A stretch of 64,000 nt of DNA, taken from NCBI GenBank assembly GCA_951406725.2, contig OX597825.1, positions 76,632,001 to 76,696,000 on the forward strand, read 5' to 3'. This DNA is from Octopus vulgaris (lineage: Eukaryota). Numbering within the stretch: position 1 is the first letter of the stretch; each line of letters opens with the position of its first letter. The notes under the pieces are model-generated. The model saw nothing but the letters and a program-made list of their open reading frames with translations. It did no database searches and was not told the origin of the DNA. Positions 54,393-64,000 of this stretch are shown in pieces. The translations under genes and the position numbers were made by a program.

Positions 54393-54725
54393 CTCCTCTT
54401 TGTCTGTATATATATATATATATATATAATGTATGGAACGCATTCACTGCACGCACACACATACACACACACATGTATCGAGTAGAATTTTTTTTACCAA
54501 TAGATCAATAATTTAAACTATATATTACTTCTTAACTGAACGCGTCCCAATGATTTTTGTTTCAGGAAATTTCCCAACTTTTCGCATCAGTTGTTTCTAG
54601 GTTGCTCAGAGACATCCAAAATATTGCTCCATTGCTTGGTGAGGTCACTCAATGTTGTCCAATAATTGGTGATTCCAACTCACTTAATTCTTTCGAAAGA
54701 ATCAGCACTAATACATACACATTCA

Positions 54726-54810
<85 letters not shown>

Positions 54811-54821
54811 ATATATATATA

Positions 54822-54853
<32 letters not shown>

Positions 54854-55024
54854 CATAGATGTACATACATGTATAGATTGATATACATATATATGTACAT
54901 ATATAAATACACACTTAAATATATAAATAAATATACATGTACGTATATATGTATGTACATGTATATATGTGTATGTATGCATATAATTATATAAATAAAT
55001 ATATATATATATATATATATATAG

Positions 55025-55055
<31 letters not shown>

Positions 55056-55119
55056 TATAACTACATACATACGTAAGCACGTGCGTACGTACAATTATAT
55101 ATATGTATGTAAGTAGTTT

Positions 55120-55730
55120 TATGCTGAACTGTAAAGAAATTTGCAGCTACCCCAGCTGGACTACAACGTTAGATTTGTACCAGTAATTATTGGGTCGTTT
55201 GGATATGTAACCAATTGCCTCAGCGCCAATCTGGAGAAGTAAGGGTTCTCAAATTCAGAAAGGAGAAAGCTAATTGTAAGACCACAAATACAAACAATCA
55301 ATGGAACTGTCGAAATATGTAAAGCATCCTCAAATTTAGCATATATTTACAGATGCACATGTCTAGACATGCAAGCGTATGTATGCATATACATACATGA
55401 AACATAGCATTCAAATCTGCACATACACTCAAGACAAATATTTACACATATATACACATACATGCGCAACTATCCTGTTGCTAAAATTCCAATGTAGGAG
55501 CGTCGGATCTCTGTTAAAAAAAAGCAGCTCTTTCTCCATTGACATACATACACACAAATCTGTACACACACACTGACTCCAAATACTGCATACATACACA
55601 AATACATGCGAAATTACCCTGTTGATGTTGGTGAAATTCCAGTGAAGCAGCCTTGGATCTAGGTTAGAAACCGACTCTTTCTCTTTTGGCAAGAAATCTT
55701 GAAATAAAACTGAATAATGATACACATCCA
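55120..55730 (+). mobile_element. REL-type LINE 3' end (second family), tail in (TACA)n
   Basis: Encodes YAEL*RNLQL..DYNVRFVPVIIGSFGYV...IQTINGTVEICK. The UTR is shared with 7552-7670. Confidence 0.7.
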
Positions 55731-56305
55731 TACATACACACATACACACATACACACATACATGCACATACCTACCTACACACACATGCATACATACGCT
55801 GTACAGCGAGTGTTTGTATACGCTGTATGTATGTATGTTTGTATGTATTCACCTGCACACAAATCTGCTGTAAAACTATGCGTTAGTAATTCAGATTCGT
55901 AGAGTTAAAACCTTAAAATATAGCGATTCGTATTTTTAGGTTAGGAGATGTGGGTTAAAAATAACCATACGCATGTTCTCACATATACACAAGCACGCAT
56001 GCATACCCACCCACCCACCCCATACAGATTCAAGCATACATACATACATACATGCTCACGCGTATACGCTTACACACACACACACACGCGCACACATACA
56101 TACACACTCATACAAATTCTGTGTGTGTGTATATTCGTACATACAAGCATGCACATACACACACAGCATACGCACGGATGTGTACGTAGAAAATATATAA
56201 GAATGCATAAATACAGATATACATTCATACATACATCTCTCTCTCTCTCTCATGCATGTATGTATTTATGTACGTATGTATATATATATACACACACACA
56301 CACAC

Positions 56306-56399
<94 letters not shown>

Positions 56400-58007
56400 C
56401 GTATACGAGTGTGTGTGCGTGTATGGAGTTGTTTGTATAGCATGGATGACGTAAAACAATTAACTGGATCTCTCTCTCTTTCACTCTCTCTCCCTCTTTC
56501 TCTCTCTCTCTCTCACTCTCTATCTCTCCTAAAAAATTTAGAAAACCGTAAATTAGGTACGAGTGTATTTTCGGTATAACTGATCTTATATTTATTTAAC
56601 GCGTGCACACGGGTGGCAACACCTACCCACCCACACACTCACATGCACACGTGCACGCTCACACTCACACATGATCGCACACACACACACACACGCATAC
56701 CAAGGTAATACACGTGCACAGAAATACAGATACGCAAATGAACAGATATAGAGATAAGCATGCTAATTTACATGTGCGCTCGTACATAAATATGTATATG
56801 CATAAACATATACATACAAAATATATGTGAAACACACACACATATATATATATACACACACTTATGTAAACACATATGCATTGATATACGCATATATTAT
56901 GGACACACATGTATATATGCAAATCATTAGTTAACTTTTGAGACACCCTGCTTATACTTTTACCTTCTGGCATCTGTAAGCACACACGTTTATATATATT
57001 TATAAATAGAGGAGGCCTACACACACCCTAATATATATATATATATGTGTATTATGCGTGTGTGTATCTATCTACACGCATATTCACATACACACATACA
57101 CACATATAGAGAGAGTGAGCACAGGGTGATATCTGTTCTGACGTCAGAAGTAGGTAAAATCTGCTCAGTTGCAGGCAAGCATGAAAGTTGAAAGAAAGAC
57201 AAGTCTAAAACAAATGTATTTAAAGAGAAACACAGGACATGGATGCAATAACATCTGCAGGTGCACTGTGATATGCTGCCGTCTATATCTGTACAATGAT
57301 TGACACCAGAAGCTGCAAAAGTGATCCAACTGCATCATATGTCGTTGCCATGTTGCTTATCACTGGAAAAACAACAGTGCAACATATGAAAAAATTACAC
57401 TTTTTATTTGGTGCTATGAGTATATAGACGTGTGTATACATATGTATGTATCTATGTATATATATATATATATATATATATAAATATGTATATATATATA
57501 TAACTATATAGTCAAGTATATGTACATTCTTAACATTTTGAGTTCGTCGAGATTTGAACTCACAGCATAAAAACCCGGAAAGGGCAAACCACCGTCTCAT
57601 TGTATCTCATACTACATTATATAAAATGTTTCCTTTTAAAGACCGTAGGAGTGTTTCTGAAGATTTGACTGCTATTTCTTGCCTGTCGAGATATGACATA
57701 AAGGTTCCATTATCAGTTTTGAACATCCATTTCTAGGCGGTGGGTGTAATTTGAAGAAAATTTACCTGCTGTTTCTATCCTGCGGGGATACGACATAACA
57801 ATTCTCTCATCCAATTTTAAAGTGCTTGATGTGATTTGAAGATATGGCTGCTATTTCCAGCCTGTGGAGGCACCACATAGCAGTTCTGTCATCAGCTTCG
57901 ATGCATCGATATTAATGAGATGATCGATTATCGAAAGGCCAAGAATCTGGAAAGAGAATTGGTTAATTTTCGAGATGATGTCATGGCGAGAATAAACCGG
58001 CTTATAT

Positions 58008-58095
58008 CAAGATGGCGTCAGATGAGAACTTAGCAAACCGTCTCCCTGGCAACAACAAAGCTACAAACTCTAAATCACACCGTTGCTATGGCAAC
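58008..58095. promoter_or_regulatory. YY1-like motif plus two RFX X-boxes
   Basis: CAAGATGGCG at 58008-58017, GTCTCCCTGGCAAC at 58040-58053 and GTTGCTATGGCAAC at 58082-58095. Confidence 0.5.
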
Positions 58096-58374
58096 AGATA
58101 GAAGAAATCTAACACTGAACTGACCTAGTTCGTGTTTTGATTGGAAGAACTTGCTTTTCTTTTTGTTATTTTACGTGACAGAAACAAGAATCTTGAGTCC
58201 TTTTTAGCAACAACAAAAGCAACAATGCCGTAGACGTCAGTGACGACAACAACAATAAGAACAACAAGAGTAACAGCAAAAAATACAGTAAATATAACAA
58301 CACCAACCGAAAGAAGAACAGACACGCTAAGATGAACAGCAGCTGTAGGAAAAGAGTGTACGGTTGCAATTGTT

Positions 58375-58501
58375 GCGTCGTCGTCGTCATCATCATCGTC
58401 CTCGTCATCGTCATCAACAATATCATCATCATCATCATCATCGTCATCATCATCATCACCATCAACATCATCATCACCATCACCATCATCATCGCCATCA
58501 C

Positions 58502-58553
<52 letters not shown>

Positions 58554-58690
58554 GCCATCATCATCGCCATCATCATCATCATCATCATCGCCATCATCAT
58601 CATCATCAACACCATCATTTTCGTAATTACCATCATCGTCGTCGTCGTCATCATCATCATCATCACCACCACCATCGTTATTATCAACTG
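58375..58690. repeat. (CAT)n degenerate microsatellite
   Basis: Directly visible. Source of the poly-H, poly-I and poly-M ORFs. Confidence 0.95.
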
Positions 58691-58792
58691 CAACAGCAAC
58701 AGATGTACCAATTTGGAAAAACAGTAACAGCTACTACAAATCTACAAAAACAACAACAACAACTAAGATAAACTTTTTGTTACTATAGGCAC

Positions 58793-58932
58793 TAGGCTTA
58801 TGATAGTAAGGTCGTGAGTTCGATTCCCGGTAGCGTGTTGTGTCCTTTATTTTATGATGCTCCAGTGCACTTAGCTGGAAAAAATGAGTTGTACTTGGGA
58901 CATCTTGTTTCACATCCTGTGTGATGCTGAAT
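58793..58932 (+). mobile_element. Partial SINE family C
   Basis: GTAAGGTCGTGAGTTCGATTCCC..TGCTCCAGT. Confidence 0.7.
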
Positions 58933-59191
58933 ATGTGTGTGTGTATATATATATATATATATGTAAATATATATATATGCATATATATATGTAAATATAT
59001 ATATATGCATATATATATGCATATGTATATATATGCATATATATATATATGTGTGTGTGTGTGTATGTGTGTGTGCATGCGTGTGTGTACGTATGTACAT
59101 ATATATATATATGTATTTATGTGTATGTATATATATATATATGTATGTATATTTGTATATGCATGTCTCTATATGTATATGTGTATGTATG

Positions 59192-59231
<40 letters not shown>

Positions 59232-59962
59232 TATATGGGTACAGGATGTCACAAAACGTAAACAACATGAAATTCGAAAACATGAAATCCGAAATACGAA
59301 AGACAACAGGAAATATGGAGACAAACTTCTTTTTCTTTTTGCGAACAACGAGAGAAACAAATGGAAAACAAGACAAGTAACATAAAGAATGGCTCTTCAC
59401 CAGTTGTCGGCTGCTTATCTACTCTATACTTCGAGCAATTCACGAGAAAGGGTCAAAGTTGGTAACAAAAGCAGGACAGTGAAACAAATATTGAGGGCCG
59501 CTAAGCCAGATGGGGTAAGGTGGCGAACGCTAAGGAACATTCTTTGACAGGAGAAAAGATAGGAGAGGAGACAGACAAGAATACGTCTGGTCTGTGCAAC
59601 AGACCGGGAGAAAAGAAAGATGAATACGTGTGGAAAAAAAAATGGCGGACGATGGTCACGTGTGAGCAACGAGAGAGTAAAGGAGGAAGAGAGAGAGAGA
59701 GAGGGAGAGAGAGAGAAGGATATATAGAAAACGGTGAAGGGGAGAAAAAAGAATTAGAGGGAAAAAAACGAAGCGGAGAGAAAGGGAGGGTGCAAAAGTA
59801 GGTATACAGTCAGAATCACGTCAATGTTATAATAATTCATTAAAATTATTAGCACATTAAATTAGCCTCATTTTTGATATTTTTCAGTGTCATTTTCATA
59901 ATAATATGAATACTGTACGTGTTTTCTTTTTCATAACTGTATACCTACTTTTGCACTACCCT

Positions 59963-59995
<33 letters not shown>

Positions 59996-60029
59996 TAGTT
60001 AATCCAAACATGAAAACACAAAGAGAAAA

Positions 60030-60082
<53 letters not shown>

Positions 60083-60103
60083 ATAAATGCACGCACACAT
60101 GTA

Positions 60104-60144
<41 letters not shown>

Positions 60145-60431
60145 GTCTCCCATCTATTTATCAGCCTTTATATAATTATTGCCTTAATAAACTCGCGCAC
60201 GCGCCTACATTCAAAACGGTGTCCCAGTGTAATGACTGAAACAAGAATTGAAGATTTGAATAAAGAAATACAGAAATATATACGTTTTGAACACCATGTA
60301 AAGAGAAACACACTGTGAGAGAGGGGGAGAGAGGTACAGAGAAGGAGAAAGCGAGAGAGAAATAGATGTATGGAAACAGTGAGAGAAAGAGAAAGAAATC
60401 GTGAAAGAGATAGATTAATAGATAGATAGAT

Positions 60432-60476
<45 letters not shown>

Positions 60477-60988
60477 GGTTGAGAGTGAAAGAGAGTGAGT
60501 GGGTGAGAGAGAGAGAGAGAGAGAGAGAGATTAGCCAAAAGCAATGACTTTTTATTCTGAACTTATCCAAAAAGACATCTCTGTTCTTTTTTATATTCGC
60601 CATTGTTTTTTTATCCCTTTCACTTCTCAACCGATAAAATTACAGCATTTCCGACATTTCGGATGGCGTGGTCCGATTGTGTATCAATATAGATAACGAT
60701 CAGAGTTTAATAGCATGTTGAATAGTCTGGTGGCCCATTCTGGAGCTTGTTAACATTGAACGACTGATTAATGACTGTTTTATCTGGAAATATCAGATAG
60801 GCTATCATTCATGCATGCATTGACACATACGAGAGTCGAGGAATTGTAGCCTAGTTCTCAGTAAACGAGAGGGGTAGTGGTTCGATCTACAGATTAGCTT
60901 AGATGGTATAATAATTTGGAGTCAAGCAGACTCGGTAGGACACAGTACAGTTCGTATACAAAGTACAGGACACACACACACACACACG

Positions 60989-61019
<31 letters not shown>

Positions 61020-61364
61020 GTACACACACACACGCGCATATATATACTATCGGTTGTTGTTGTACATCGTTGGTCACAATGCGTTTTGCATCGTTTTATC
61101 TTTCGAATGATGCCACCCGGCTGGCTAGGTGTGCAGGCCAACAGTCCCTCTGATCTACTCCGTCGCAGGGTTATCTATAAATAGCTGAGTGAAGTGAAGA
61201 GCTTTGCTCAAGAACACAACGCACCACACGGTCTGGAACCAATCAATAATCTAGCGATCGTGAGAGCAACACGACTACACTCACAGCCGTCTTTACACAA
61301 ACACACATGTATGTATGTATGTATGTATGTATGTATGTATGTATGTATGTATGTATGTATGCAT

Positions 61365-61700
61365 CCTTTACTTGAATTAATCCCTGGACTGCAGCCATGT
61401 TGGGGTACCACCTTTAAGGGCCTAATCATAGAAATCGACACTAATACTTGACTTTTTAAGACTAATTCTATCGGTCTATATTCATGAGCCGCTAAATAAT
61501 GAGGACATAAATAAACCGACACCGGTAGAGATGCGGTACCGGGGATAAACGCACACACACACACACACACACACTATATATATATATATATATATATACG
61601 GTGGGCTTCCATAAGTTTATGTTCCATAAGGTGGAACGCAGTGAAACTGAACTCAAAACCACGCTGTTGTGAACTTCTTAACCACACCACCCATCTCTGT
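61365..61700 (-). mobile_element. Degenerate SINE family B
   Basis: GACTGCAGCCATGTTGGGGTACCACC..TTCTATCGGTCT..CTTAACCACAC. Confidence 0.75.
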
Positions 61701-61745
61701 AACTCCACGTCATACATATATATATATACATACACACACACACAC

Positions 61746-61798
<53 letters not shown>

Positions 61799-62799
61799 CA
61801 CATACATTTATATATACGTGTTCATCTCTCTATAATATATATGGTATAAACATATAGATGTATATAATATATATATTCGATGTATAAATATTATATGTTT
61901 AATGTTTATGTACATAGATACGTACATACGTAATACATACGTACATGCATACATTCACACACACACGCACACATACATACAGATACACTCACACACTCTG
62001 GAGAATATTCCATTCAAAATCATTACAAACTGAAGTGCTATATGAAAAAGTTGAGCTGATGAACCGAAAGAGGAAACTCTGTCCATAATGCTTCCAAACA
62101 GCGTCCATCACACAACTTTCTTCACCAGTTTTACTATTTATTTCCTGCTTTTGTTTCCTTATTCAATGAACAGTGGGAAGATCAACATATTTTCCATGCG
62201 CATTGTCCAACTATGTATAGAACAGCTGATGCGTGCATACTTACTTAAACATATGCATTTGTTATTATCTGAGATGTATGTAAATACATTCACATGTACA
62301 CACACATACACACATCTGATCTTTTATGCATTGTGTAGATTCTTTCTTTTTGCATTCAACACTTCCTTTCTTCTCTCCTTCCTCCTTTTTTTTTTCTTTC
62401 TCTGTTTGTTTCTTCCCTGTTCGTTTTTTCTCCCTAATTCAAAAAATGCTTTTTAAGGCTACACACAGATTCACAATCTCTGTAGATTTTACAGTGAATG
62501 AGTATTGGATATTTTTGTTTGATGTTATTATATAGGATTTTGGTTGTGTGGTCGTGGTGAGAGTACTAGAGTATTTTGAAGAGTATAGGTCATTGTCAGG
62601 AAAACTGCTTTGTAATGCCTACAGCCTACCTACCAACATACCTACCTACCTACCTACTAAACTTCCCACCCACACAAACACATAGAGACCTATCTAACTA
62701 CCAACCTACAAACCAAAATGTTTATATCTATCTATCAATTCGTTTACCTACCAAGCTTTCTATCTACCTATCCGACAACCAGCCCACCTATTAACACAT

Positions 62800-63006
62800 G
62801 TACCTACCTACCTACCTACCTACCTACCTACCTACCTACCTACCTACCTACCTACCTACCTACCTACCTACCTACCTATTTACCTACCTACCTACCTACC
62901 TACCTACCTACCTACCTACCTACCTACCTACCTACCTACCTACCTACCTACCTACATACATACATACATACATGCACACGTACATACATACCTACCTACT
63001 TAGCGT

Positions 63007-63041
<35 letters not shown>

Positions 63042-63116
63042 GTGATTTATGTGAATGCCTATTTAACGTTTTTACGCACATACACACGTACATACATACA
63101 TACATACATATATATG

Positions 63117-63174
<58 letters not shown>

Positions 63175-63480
63175 TATATATATATATGTATATATATAAA
63201 TGTATATATGTATATATATAAATGTATATATGTATATATATAAATGTATATATGTATATATATATATATAAATGTATATATTATATATGTATATATATAA
63301 ATGTATATATGTATATATGTATATATATATGTGTATATATATATATGTGTGTATATATATATGTATGTATATATATGTAAATGCATGTATATATATATGT
63401 ACGTATGCACATATATGTATATGTATGTTTGTGTATATGTATGTATGTGCCTTTGTTTCTATGTATGTGTGTATGTATTT
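62800..63480. repeat. (CCTA)n, (CATA)n, (CTAT)n and (TA)n microsatellite field
   Basis: Directly visible. Confidence 0.95.
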
Positions 63481-64000
63481 ATGTATCTATTTATGTCTAT
63501 ATATACCCACGCAGAAGTTCATATGTACACTGTATACACAAACGCACTCGCAAACTCCACACATATACCTATGAGTATCTGTGTGTATAAGTGTGCATAT
63601 ATATATGTATATATGTACACACATATATGTGAGTATATATGTACACACATATACACCCCACCATTTTAATAATATATAAAAAAACACACCGTAACCAAAA
63701 TGAATTAAAGAGGAAATTGTAAAGTTGCAATATCAACGGTTGGGTGCAGCGAATCAATTGAACACATGGATTCCCGATAAAAGATGATTGTCAGAGAGGA
63801 AAATTTGATTCCAACACAACTCTTGTATGAAGTTAGAATTATGTGGATGCATGCCAACTCACACACACACACACATATATACGTACACACACTCACATAC
63901 ACACGCGCACACATATGGGAATTCATCACCATGTTAGTGATTAAGGATATTTCATTTTGGTCGTAGCCTGTAGCTACTCTGAGTTTCCACGTAGGTATAC

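Noticed and set aside
58332-58771. Histidine-rich protein
   Set aside because: (CAT)n microsatellite, open in several frames, with no exon boundaries.

Overview
Eukaryotic, repeat-saturated, mostly non-coding DNA. The density of microsatellites and the tRNA-derived SINE families suggest an octopus genome (inference). Almost every ORF in the track is a microsatellite artefact. Supportable content: several SINE families; at least seven Dong/R4-like (REL-endonuclease) LINE remnants, most of them next to (TAA)n tracts; a second REL LINE beside (TACA)n; Tx1/L1-like fragments; an RTE insertion with a 5' inversion and an 11-bp TSD nested in a Dong copy; a decayed pogo transposon; a hAT-type MITE; and a Penelope-like GIY-YIG remnant. 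The window also has several minimal hammerhead-ribozyme-like motifs (one with an intact core) and perfect palindromes. One probable host exon at 30167-30212 encodes a signal peptide, so the rest of the window is probably intron. No complete gene or CRISPR array is present, and no new system is proven. All family assignments come from motif recognition, not database searches.
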